DNA from: Selaginella moellendorffii
Taxonomy: Eukaryota; Plantae; Lycopodiophyta
DNA length: 64,000 nucleotides
Assembly: GCF_000143415.4 (NCBI RefSeq)
Contig: NW_003314320.1
Span: 370,586 to 434,585, forward strand
Direction of reading: 5' to 3'
How positions within the stretch are numbered: the stretch's first letter is position 1; each line of letters begins with the position of its first letter. Position numbers and translations under genes: made by a program. Below the pieces are notes generated by a model, which worked only from the letters and a program-made list of their open reading frames with translations, ran no database searches and was not told where the DNA came from. Of this stretch, positions 38,355 to 50,500 are shown one piece after another.

Positions 38355-40838
38355 TCACAGGCCCAGGAGCACGTAGTAGAGCATTGTGATGGGAAAGGCC
38401 ACCAGCATGCCGAATATCACCCTGGCAGAGAGGTACACACGGATGCAACAGGCGGGCAGTGTGAGTTGAGAGAGAATTGAATGCACACACAGTGTGTGTG
38501 GTGCGGGGGGGCACAGAGAAGGGAGGGAGGAGGAAAAGAGAAAGTACGTACGCTGTGCTGAGGACGTCTGGATGCACGTTGTACTCCTTCGCGAAGACGA
38601 ATGGGACAATGCCTTGGGGAAGCGAGGCCTGAAAGCGTTGTTTTTCCGAAAATCCAAGTCAAGAGTTAGCGGGCTAGACGAGAAGACAGACATGGAGGCA
38701 GCGAGAAGCGGGCCAGCTAGAGAAGAACACGACTTGGAAGAGCGAAGAACGAGGAAAGACAACGGAACTTGGAAGAGAGATGGAGAGCTACTTTTCGAAG
38801 AAGGAAGGAGAAGTGGAAGCTGTGCTGGAAGGATGGAAACGGGGGTATACCTGTACTATAGAGACGTGGAGATTGACACCTTTGAGGCCGACAGCTATGG
38901 AAGTTGCTGCCATTACCGCAGGGCCTGTTACAAAGCGTACCACCATCCCGAACAACGCCATTGATGTGCCACACACCAGAATGCGCTTCTGCAATGCCAT
39001 GAACAGGCCTGCAACAAAACCAAGAGAAGATACTCCCTCGATCAAACAAGCTCGCAGGATGGAAAACCACAGCAGGGTGAAAGAGAAGAGAGCCAGTACC
39101 TAAGCTGAACATGGCCATTCCGAGTCCGGCCTTGGATAAGATTTGGATGGAGTTGTCGATGATAGCCGGCATCCTGACGTGCCACCTTCCAGAAACAGCG
39201 ACAAGAGACGGAAGGATGAGCAACGAAGTGGAAGAAACTTTGCACTTACTTGTAGGCGACGAGAGCCCAGCCGAGGCCGAGCAAGCTGGAGTACGTGTTG
39301 GGATTGCGGATCAGCTTTCTCCACACCATGTCCACGATGAGCCGGGTCATGACACCAACAGAGGGCATCTCGGTCGGCTGATCGTCCGCGAGGTTGCTGC
39401 TGTTCTTCGGAGGCATTTCCAAGCCGGAGCTGGAATTTCGAGCAGGAATGTTGGTGCTGCTGTTGCCCTCGTCCACTCCTCCAGCGTGACCGAAGCTAAA
39501 GTCATGAGGAGCTCCGGACGCTGCTGTTGCTGTTGCTGGAGATGGACATAAACACCGGACAGGAGAGAAAAACAGAGCACAGGCCATCAGTCGGCTATGG
39601 TGGTGCGCGAAAAACGAAAACTTTGGAAACTTACAATCGTCATCGTCACCTACGAGAAGCCGGACGTCCTTGTTATTGTTGGAGCGGAAGTCATCGTTGA
39701 GCATTCGGACATTGCCTTCGGAAATTGGAGAGCCGCTGGAACTCCACACGAACATATGGACGAGGTCGTTCTTGCTGGCAGCAGCATTGAGAACTGGAGC
39801 TGGAGCTAGAGGAGCAGGGGCAGGGGGTGGAGCAGGAACAGGAGGAGGAATCATCCGAGACGGTGGAGGAGCAGACTTTGTCGACGGTCGGTGCTGCTCT
39901 TCGATGTTAAAGTTGGAAGTTCTCGGCGTCGGCCCCCTGGAAGAATGGAGCGAGTAGATATCCGAGGCAGTGAAGCTCGAGTGGCGAGGTGGCGGCGGCG
40001 GTGGCGGTGGTGGTGGATTGTTGAAAGCCGGCATCATCATCATCATGGAGTAGTACTCGGCGTGGTTGAAGCTGGACTCCCGCGGGGTCATGTTCCTCGA
40101 GGAGTGGATAGAGTAGATGTCAGCTCCGGTGAGATTGGAAGGCCGCGGCGTGAGAGCTTTCGAGGACGCGATGGGAGAAGGAGGATAGAGGTCGTGCCTG
40201 GAAGCAGTGGAGCGCCGCACAGTGACGTGAATCTTACCGTCGTCACCAATCTCCGCGTCGGCCTGGATGGGCTCTCGGTTTCCATCCAGAGAGACTACGT
40301 CCGAGTCGACTTTGAAGGAAACGATGGACGCAGCGGTCTTGGGGAACTGGTCCCGGATGAGGTTCCTGGCACTGCGGTACTCGTAGAAGACGAGCAGCAG
40401 CGTGTACCAGATGATGCATTGGAGGACCACTGCCTGGACGACGAGACTTCCAGACTCGGTCCCATACATCGCTGCGAGCAAAGGGATCCCCATGACCAGA
40501 GTGTTGGGAAGCGTGGCCAGCATGAAGAGAGTGATAGTCCACTCCATGCTTCCATTGCTGGAGTAGCGGCACCAGACGAGAAGAACCGCGAGAATGGCCA
40601 GCTTCTGGAGGACGTCGGCGGCGATGAACTGCGCGTTCATCTTGTAAGGATTGTTGGTGGCGAGAATCTGGAAGGAGAGGAGTGGGACCGCGAAGATCGC
40701 CACGAAGCGATTGATGCCGCCGCATTGATCCGGAGTGAGGATCTTCCACCACCGGACTGAGCCGTAGGCCAGGATCATTGCGACGTAGAGCGGCACCACG
40801 GCGCTCATCACCACATAGAAGTCGTGCGCGCTGATCAT
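38355..40838 (-). CDS. PIN: Canonical long PIN auxin efflux carrier
   Basis: [32 protein letters not shown], three TPRxS phosphosites, [39 protein letters not shown]. Confidence 0.96.
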
Positions 40839-41339
40839 CGTGAAAGGTTCTTCTCTTTTCTTCCTTCGGATCTTCTTCTTCTTTGCGCTTACTTACCAGT
40901 GCTCTTTGAGCAGGAAATTTCTTGACACTCGCTCGCTCTACGACTCGGTCGCTCGATCTTCTACAGAAGCTGAGAAGAGGAAAGAAAAGGAACTCTCGTC
41001 CAATCCGGCGACTTCTCTCCACTCCAAGTAAGCTTTCGAATCATTCCTTAGATTTCTCGGGAAGAAGGAACTCGAGAAGAGCAAAACGACTGACTACCAC
41101 TCCTGACTGCCTCGCTCTCGTGCTTGCGCTTGCTTGCTCCCTCCCAGGAGCTCGCGTCGCTTCCTCCAACGAGCAGCTCGTTAGCAGCGCAATTGGATTC
41201 CATCCAAGTAGAAAAAGAAGAACAAGGACGTGAAAAAAAAAGTGGGAGAAAACGCTGCTAAAAACTAGCGAGACGATGCGAGGAGCGAATCAAATGGAAG
41301 AAGACGGTTGCGGCGAAGAAGCTCAACGCCCCAAAAGCT

Positions 41340-41945
41340 ACCACACGCTGTCCCCCAATCCATCATCAAGCACACTACAGCGCTCACACTAAATTTATAT
41401 ATAGTTGCAATTTTCTACGACCAAAACCATATAAAACTCTATACGCAATAAACTAGAGTCGCTCCTTTACTTCCACGGCTTTAGAAAAAAGAAAATATCA
41501 AAGCCCACTCCACCAAGAACGCTTAGATGTATTTGCACAGTAGAGATACCCACCTACACTACACACTAAAGTTCCAGAGAACAGTCAGGCGTGCTCCACA
41601 GCCCATAATTACGTGTAATCAACCCGCAAGAGAAAATTATTCCCCGTGTGCGTGTGGGTATATTCCCAGCCCATACCACTCGATTGCATTGTGCTCGATG
41701 TTTTATACCTTTTCCCTCCGCCATTGTATTTTAAGCGCAAAAGAACCCATCAACTTCGGAAGGCGGAGCTCTAATCTAGCCCTAAATGGAAAAAGGTGGC
41801 GGTCCGGGGGAATCTTGTTGCCCCCTGCACGTGAGAATGTCAGTGATGTAATGTCGGGTGGCGGCACCATGCCTGACACGTGGCAGGGGGCGTGCCGCAT
41901 ATCATGCGAACATGCCATGGTGAAGAGGACAGGGGGACATGGATG
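41340..41945. promoter_or_regulatory. PIN upstream region with AuxRE-like and G-box motifs
   Basis: TGTCGG at 41852; TGTCCC at 41349 and (minus) 41934; CACGTG at 41828 and 41877. Confidence 0.35.
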
Positions 41946-42429
41946 GGTCTGGCTGGCCTACACTGGCCCATGCCGCATTTGTGTACGGAATGATGGAGGT
42001 TGCAGCAGCCAGCAAGCAAACTTTCTGGTTTGCTTTTACTTGAAATTACAAGTCCACATTTCAATATGTTTTCTTATTTAGAGTTCAATTGAATTTTTGG
42101 GTTTTAGACATTGGCAAAATAGTTATAAATTGGCAAAACATTCTAGAATATATATATATATAAAAATATATATATAAATGAATATATATAAAAAATTATG
42201 ATTCTAGATAATAGTATAAACTACTAGTTTTAAAGAGTTATAGTTTTAGTACTAAAACTATATATAATCATTTACTACATGTTTAATTACTCATCTTTCC
42301 TAAATATTAAAAAAGCTAGGTATAATTTTTTTTTACAAGATTGTTTTAGCTTATATAATATAAACTTAGTATAAGATAATGAGGAGAATATTCAAATTCA
42401 TACTTAGCATGGTTGTGCTACAACTAATT

Positions 42430-43045
42430 TATATCAAAGGCTTTTTTCTTTCCTAATGAATAAATCACTAGAGAAATTATTTTAATAAGGAAATAACTAG
42501 AGTTGGCTTAAGGGGAGAGAGATAAGGTGTGCTACAGTTGGTATCAGAGCAAATGGGTTCGATTCCCATTGATTAGTGGCTACTTAAAAATATAATATAT
42601 CCTTAAGCAAGATATATTCCTACTCCTAAATTTAAAATTGTATGTATTGGGCATCTATGTATATGTTCTTCCTCTTCTGTGAAGTATCCACGGATAAAGG
42701 TATCCACCGTGGGATTGCGGTATGGGTGGATGATTAATTGTTTCATATGGAATAATTGGTCTACACAATAGAAGGATTGGTAGATTAAGTGTAGAAATGG
42801 AGGTGTTGTGTAGAAATGGAGGTGTTAGTTCCCTTTGGCTCAATATAGGTTGTTAGTCAATAGTCAATGAAGACACTAACATCGGTGAGTGTAGTGTATG
42901 TGATCATAAGATGAGATTTGGATATACTGTTACCGTGGATTCTTATGAGAGATAAATAAGGATAAAATAACCACTAAAAGCTCTTTTATCAAGCAATTGC
43001 CCCTTTTCTAGTTAGCTTAAAGGGAGAGAGATAAAGTGCGTTGCA
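42430..43045 (+). mobile_element. TRIM-like mini LTR retrotransposon (old)
   Basis: LTR end ...gcttaaggggagagagataaggtgtgctaCA (42536) followed by tRNA-iMet PBS TGGTATCAGAGC (42539). Similar LTR end at 43008-43045; non-coding interior. Left boundary uncertain. Confidence 0.65.
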
Positions 43046-43788
43046 ATAATGATAAAAGTTATAGTACTGTTGTTGTCCCACTTGTATGTGGCTTAAGTGT
43101 TTGGTAGACTCTACTCAAACAAGTGGAAGAATGCTCATCAAATACTAATTTCATAACCTAACATTAGCAACTTGTGGCAATTGCAAAGGTAAACCCAACT
43201 CTGTTAGAAGTATTAAATCATGACCATATATGAGTTTATATAGTGAAGCATTAATAGAACTCTGCACCTTTCTGATATATGCATACCGAAGAGATAATAA
43301 ATAACTATCTCAATTCGAATGTTGAAAGTTCATATACTTTACGATCATCCCTTTGAAAGTTTAAACAAGCTATTCCACCAAACCATTTGACTGTGAATGA
43401 TAAGCACTCGTAAAAGTGTGTCGTATCTCCAACTAAGACATAAAAATATGAAATGCCTCACTTATAAATGCAAGATCATTATCCAAAAAAATCCACTCCA
43501 GATAGAAATATTAAAACACCACTCAATTGAGGAGGAAATATTCAATAGTAGTTGCAAATGTGCTAGCAAATGCACTGACTTCCACCTAGTAAGTCAAATA
43601 GTTAAAAGTAATAATGACATATTCATTGCTAGTAGTTAATCATGAAAAAGGCCCCATAATATAAAATGTCACCAACTCAAATAGACAGGAATTACAATTG
43701 ACTCCAACTGTCCTTTTGCAACAAGAGGGGGAATATTATAAACTTGGCACCAAATGCAATTATGCATATACTAAATAACATTATATTG

Positions 43789-44122
43789 CCAATGTTAAGA
43801 TCCTATTCCTTACACCCTAAGCCAACTAGCTAAAGGATGTAAGGGATAGGATTCTAACATTGGTATCGGAGCCTATTTTGATTCTCAACAAGTGGGGCAA
43901 GAATATTCTAAAGGAATATTCAATATGGTGGATTTAGAGGGAGAACCAAGGTTTGGTAGACCCTAAGAGAAGGACAATCATTGCCTAACGAGGGGAGGAT
44001 TGTTAGGCACTAGGTCAAGATAATAGGATAAAGAAAAAGCCTTGCAATCAAGTAATCACCCCTTTAGTTAGTTAGCTTGGTTTAGGATGTAAGGGATAAG
44101 ATCTTAACATTGGTATTGGAGC
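43789..44122 (+). mobile_element. TRIM-like tandem array with an inverted LTR end
   Basis: LTR end plus PBS TGGTATCGGAGC (43861), PPT gaggggagga (43990), LTR TG..CA 44001-44109, second PBS at 44111. 43789-43863 is an inverted repeat. Confidence 0.7.
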
Positions 44123-44565
44123 AATTTCCAACTAATAGAAAGATCTATACAACTTCTTAATCATACAACAATGTTCTATATGCCTGCTTAGAATAGGAGA
44201 ATCATGTAAGTATAAAGAAAGTGTGGAATAAAAATCAAAGGCACCACTAGCCGTAAATGATCATCGGGATCCGTCCCCACAAAATAAAGAAGATTGTTCT
44301 CAAAGTGATATTAAGAAAGTAAATATTGAAATGGCAAGTCATTAATAAATAATGCAATATTCTCAAATCTATCATGAAGCTTTCAAATCCATGGCTTAAT
44401 CTTTTAAGCTTCATGAACCTCGTCAAGGGAAGGTAAATCTTGCTCTACATCTTGTGGACACTAAACATCAAGTATAACAATTATTGATGGCATGGAATCT
44501 TCTTCTACAGATGTTAGAACAATAGGCTCATGAGAAGAGAGTGAAGAAGAGCAGCTTGAGAGAAG

Positions 44566-47500
44566 TGTAAGGAACCGACTCCCCGAGATGTCATAGGCTA
44601 AAGGATCCCCAAAAGCTTGACCGAAATGACAAAGAGTTCATTGGATGGGACCAAGTCGAGGATCGAGTCCAAGACCGACTCTAGGACCGAGTTCGAGATA
44701 GAGTCCGAAATCGAGTCCGAGACCGACTCGGGGACCGAGTTCGAGTCCGAGTTCGAGACCGAGTTCGAGACAGAGTCCGAGATCCGAAATCGGGTCCGAG
44801 ACGAGTCCGAGGTCGAGTCCGAGGTCGAGTCCGAGGTCGGGTCCAAGATCGGGTCCAAGATCGAGTCCAAAATCGAGTCCGAGACCGAATCCGAAGTCGG
44901 ATCAGAAATCGGGTCCGAGATCGAGCCAGAGACTAAGTCCAAATACTAATACGGGTCAAGGGGTGAAAGCCCAAAGCGTGCGTCTCCCAGGGGGGGGGGG
45001 GGGGGGGGGCTGCAGGGGGTTCCAAAAGTATAGTAGGGATAGTGAGGTCCAGGAACCAGTTTTGAAGGGACTCTCCAGTTGGGCTTCTAAACCGACTTGA
45101 GGTTGAGACTGGGACCGAGGGGCCTTGGGTGGGAGTGAGCATGGACTTGGCTGGTGCCGGAGGGGCCATCCAAGGAAGTGCTCAAGAGCAACTCCCACTC
45201 CCGAAAGGGAAACCGACTGCGGTGCTCCCAGCTCAGGTGGAGTGGTGCCCCACTTGAGTACCTTGTGGCTCATTGGTCCTCGCCCTTCCGGGGGCTTGGG
45301 CCTTCCCTTCGGGATGGAAGAGGGGGGGTAGAGGTACCCATACCGGGCCGTTAGGCCACGGTGTTTCGCCCCGACGTCCCGAAGCAAGTGCTGCACCCAA
45401 GGCTTGGGATTTAGAGGGTCCCATGATCAAGTCTTGTGGTACCTGTAAGCGACTAAATTTTCCATTCTACTTTAGTCACTTAACCACACCTCTGACCACT
45501 TGGAGGAGTCTCATTCACAACCTCCATAAGTCCAATCCAGGACTTGGGACTTGCTAGCCCTGAGAATGGCATCCTTGCCACTCAACATTTGCACTTGGTC
45601 CAAGTGCTCCACGTGTCTGATCCCACGACCGACACTCAAAGGTACCACCGACATAGCAGCCCGTTACGCTAAGGCCATGCCCAATCACCTTTGCCACACT
45701 GGTAGTCCAATACCACTTGCATCACCGCCTTGGCTCTCCAAGACTAGGCAAACCATCCGTGAGTGGTCATCTCAGATCCACTCTTTAGCATCCTTAGGAT
45801 GCCCACCGACAAGGGGAATAGCCTTCCCCAATATCCCTCTGTCAGTCCCCACTAAGTCCCTTTCTGCCCCTGGCCGTGTTTGCCAACACTGCCACTGGAT
45901 CGAGACCCACAGGCCCGACCACTAAGTCCCACGGTCCTCTGGGACTTCCTCACCACACGACTGTGTCCTTGGTCACTACCCCAGAGGACTGCTCCTCTTC
46001 CTTTCCACAGTCTGGGCCTTTGGGACAACATTTTGGAACACCGTGGCCTTACGCGAGCCACCTGGGTACTCTCCTCGCCTTCTGCCCTTGGGTGCTCTAG
46101 CCATGGGCTTAGAGCGGGTTCCGTTGAGCCACACCAGGTATCCAAGTAGGTAGTGCCACCCACACTTGGACTGGGAGCATCGGCCAGTCGATCTCCCGGG
46201 GGAACTAGAGCCGGCTCTTGAACACTTCACCAAGCTACCCCGCTTGTCGGTCCGTGTTCACTCTAGTCTTGGACTTCCCAGTGGGCAGCTCATCACCCAA
46301 CACTGGGTCCAGCCTTCCTGGGCCAAACTGGCCTTTCCTGGCCAAACTGGCTCCACTGCAGTCCTCCCCCTACTATACTTTTGGAGCTCACCAAACCCCC
46401 CAGGGTCTGGGAGACGAACGCTTTGGGCTTTCACCCTCTCAGGCTCCGGACTCGGACTCAGACTCGGACTCGGACTCGGACTCGGACTCGGATTCGGACT
46501 CGGACTCGGGCTCGGGCTCGGTCTCGGCCTCGGTCTCGGTCTCGGTCTCGGTCCCAGTCTCGGTCCCGGTCTCGGTCTCGACTTCAGACTCCATCTCGGA
46601 CTCCATCTCGGACTCCACCTCGGGTCCATCTCGGGTCTATCTCGGACTCCATCTCGGACTCCATCTCGGGTCCATCTCGGACTCCATCTCGGACTCCATT
46701 TCGGGTCCATCTCGGGTCCACCTCGGACTCCATCTCGGACTCCATCTCGTTGGGAGTTCCACTCCCGCTCTTGACTTTTCAAGTCGGAACTTTTGGTCCA
46801 AACGTGTTACGCTCGTTTGGCTCTCGCTTCGGCCACTACCATGTGGCGCCCTTTCGGCTCCACTTTGGGGCCTAGGGATTTTGTGTCTCACAACTCCACC
46901 ACCCATAGACGAAGTTCGATGTCCTCATCGAACGGTAAACCCTTTCATAAAGTAACACCCGCACGTGTTACCATTTCCATCCTTGGCACCTAGCCAATAG
47001 TTGTCTATGGTTTGACACCAAAGGCTCACCATGCCTTGTCTATCGTCTAAGGAGCATAGCCCCTCCAACTTAGAGGCTCATTCGACCACTTGTGGTGGTT
47101 CTCTCCTTTTATTGGTTTAGTTCTCACTAAACCTGTTAGAGACACCTTCTCTAACTCAATCTCACTACTCATTCTCGAGTAGTCTCAATTTCCATCGATA
47201 TAACCTTTGCACTTTGGGAACTTTGAATTTTGACTTCTTGGAGTCAATTTCTTAGGTGTCTCCGACACCTTGCCTTGCACCTTTTGTGCAACTCCACTTC
47301 CCATCCTAGGAAGTTCTCTACTCGAGGGCACCATCATCCTCTCTTCTATTTCGTGCCAAAGTTCCAGTTATCATACTTTGTGCTAGGGCTGTTCATGGCC
47401 CTATCATTTGGCTACCTTACCGCTCCCTCCCTTGGAGCTTCCACTTTCGCCAAATCGGAGCATTTCGGATTCCCTCCTTGGAAACACACTTCCTTTCCCG

Positions 47501-50500
47501 CAACTTGTTAGCGTCCAACACATTAGTGTTCCCCGCCTAACTTTGTCACTTGGATTCCTTCCAAGGGATTCCACGGCCCTATCTTGGCCACTCATCTTTT
47601 GCTCCTATCCGTTGATTGTTGCACCAAGCAACATCGAATCTCTACCTCCCTCCTTGAGGTGTTGTTTTGGTTCCATAGCAAAGACTCTTCTTTGCCAAGT
47701 CCGGAGGATGTTCACCCCTAGTACGTCTCTTTAGCATCTTCTGCTATGGGCTCTATCCACGGCCCAACTTCGTGACCCTCCTATGGGTCTTTTATAGAGA
47801 CTACTTTCCTCGGACTCACTATGCCATCGCACGGACATAGTTTATTTCCCTTAGGTGCTCTTCCCTTTTGGTCATCACGACCAAGCCACACCACCTTAAA
47901 CAGTTCAATTTCAACATTTTGAACCAAGAACTTCATTCCTTAGCCAACCAAGGACCTTGTCCTTATCTGGCCATAAGATCACCTAGTGATCTCACCTTGG
48001 CACCTTAATAGAGTTGCCAAGAGGTACTTGGTCTTCTAGACCTCCAAGTTGTTGACTATAACCCCGGGGGCATCCCCCACACTTGGCGGTGCACCCAAGC
48101 CAGCCCTTACGACCAAGGGTTCATAGCAACTGAGATTAGGTGTCCCCATCTCACTCACCACGCCCTTGGTGCCACTTGCACCAAAGCGTTCAAGTTAGAT
48201 ATGCTGAGCTTTCACACTAAGCAATCTAACCGTGCATCACGACTCCGAGGCATCCCTCGCTTGGAGGTGTGCCCAAACCAGTCTCCCCACTGAGAGTCCA
48301 TGACCACCGAAATATGAGTGTCCTCATATTCCAAACCATCACCACGCCCTAGTGATTTGGGACTCGAACCCAAGCACTAGAGGGTCGGGACTCGAACCCA
48401 ACCTCCGTATATGCATCTACGGACGGCATCACACAAGATGCCTGGCGTGACTCCCCACGCCGGTGCACCAACTTATTTTTAAAGCGCGCTACAGATCACA
48501 GCTTAGGAATCTAGTTCCTCCACACTGCCAAGTCCTCTCACTTGACATGTCTGTGATCATGCATGGACTCCTCCATGCTCGGCCCCATGGCCCACCCTTT
48601 TTGAAGTTATCACCTTCAACTAGGGTATTTGTTCCCCCGACGTGCCAATCTCGCTTGGCAAGTCCTCCGACCACTGTAACATGGTTCCTGCATAAGCGTG
48701 AAAGTCCTTGACTATCGACTTTCGTTCAAAGCCCTCTCTTTGAACACTCGGGAACTACTTCCCTAACCTTGATAGCCTTGCCTCATGGCAAGCTTCAAGA
48801 CCACGCTTCTGCTGCGCCAATCTGATTTCGCGCGTTCCATGAACCATTTACACTTGGCCTTTCTAGGTACTAAGCTACCTAGAATCATCTTTGGGAACCT
48901 TGAAGGAACTCTGTCCCTCAGCTTGCTAAGGCCTCCCTTTTTGCAAGCCTTCCAAATGCCACATAGTCTAACATGGACAATTCCATATTTTAGACTCTCC
49001 ATGGCATCACGGTTGCTAGCGGCAACACCCTCGAGCCCCCACTTGATTCTCCACTCCCAGCTGGCATAACCAACCTTGGTTATGCCCTTTGATTCTTACG
49101 GTTCGGTTCAATCCCCTTACTTCTTGCTTTTTGGCTTCACACCTTTCCTTTGGTCATTCTCCTCCTGACCAGGAGGATAGCTTTGCACTTTCTATCATGC
49201 TTTAGCAAGTATTCTTAGGGATGAACCTACCCAATAGCCTAGGGAGTGGTTCCTCAATCCGGGTATGCTCACCTTATAATCCCACACACTGGGATTACAT
49301 TGTTGCTTATGGGCCTTTACATGCCCATCACTAGCCTTGCCAAAATTCCATTTTTGGCTTTGTCCAACTCGGGTAGACAGTCCTCTCCTGTCTCCACAAC
49401 CTTGGACATTTGGATAGCACCTTCTATCCATCATTCGCTAGGGACTTAGTCCCTTGGGCTTTATCCATTGCCCCCGCGACATCAAACACCACCTTTTGGT
49501 GTTCTAGAGTGTTCGGGTGTCCCAATGATGGCTTTCTTGATAATGAGTATTTCCTTTTATGACATTGACTTACTACATCGCAACACAAGCAACTTATCCC
49601 CCGTAAGGGTATATCCAACTTCCCTATGCTATTAAGAAGTCTTGGGTAGCTACCTTCTACCCGTTTAACTAGTTATTTTGCACCTCTTGCTTAGTTGCCT
49701 CATAGTTGTCAAGTCCTACAACTCATTGCTTGGTGCTTTCACACCTCCATCATTATCTGGGTCACCACACTCCAACTGCATGCTCTGCAGCATAGGCTAT
49801 GCTATTCCCATTTCCATTGGGATTCCTTTGGCAAGGGGTTCTCATGAACCCACCAACATAGCCTCAAGGTATCACACCTTGGCACATTTGGTGTCTCCAC
49901 ACCATCGGCTCCACGAGCCTACCTCTATGACATTTCCCCTTCGTGTCTAAGTCTTTGCCAAGACCAACACCGCTCTTTCTCATGCCAACCATCTGTTAGC
50001 ACTGCACCATAGAGGTCACACACAACTTTATGTCAAAGTTGTTTTCTTCTGGGAACACCTTTCCCATAACTTTAGCATGGCACATTTTGCCATCGATGAG
50101 ATACCCTCTGTTCTCATCCTTGGATCCTATGATCCCCCCCATCCTTTGTGGGGTACAACACACCTCAGTCCAAATGCTTCCATCAGTCCTTTTAGGACCA
50201 TCCGTTGACTCTACTTGAGTCATCCAGCAGTTTTGGACTTGGTTAATCCACAGACCCGTAAGGTCTTACTTGTGAGGCACTAGCTCACTGGAATACACTT
50301 CTTGCATTCCTGTCCTACTCAAAAGGACTATTTTCACAAGTGTTACTCTAACACTTGATTTTGTTCTCTGGGGGCAACCTTTGCCCCTTAGGACTACTTG
50401 TCCATGTGATGAGAACACCAACTCATCCACTTAATACACCCCCAACTCCTTGGGTTGTTCCAGCATTTATTAGAGGTAGCCCCGGCTACCTTTTCAAGGA

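Noticed and set aside
46440-46750. CRISPR-like repeat array
   Set aside because: No unique spacers, no cas genes, eukaryotic LTR context.
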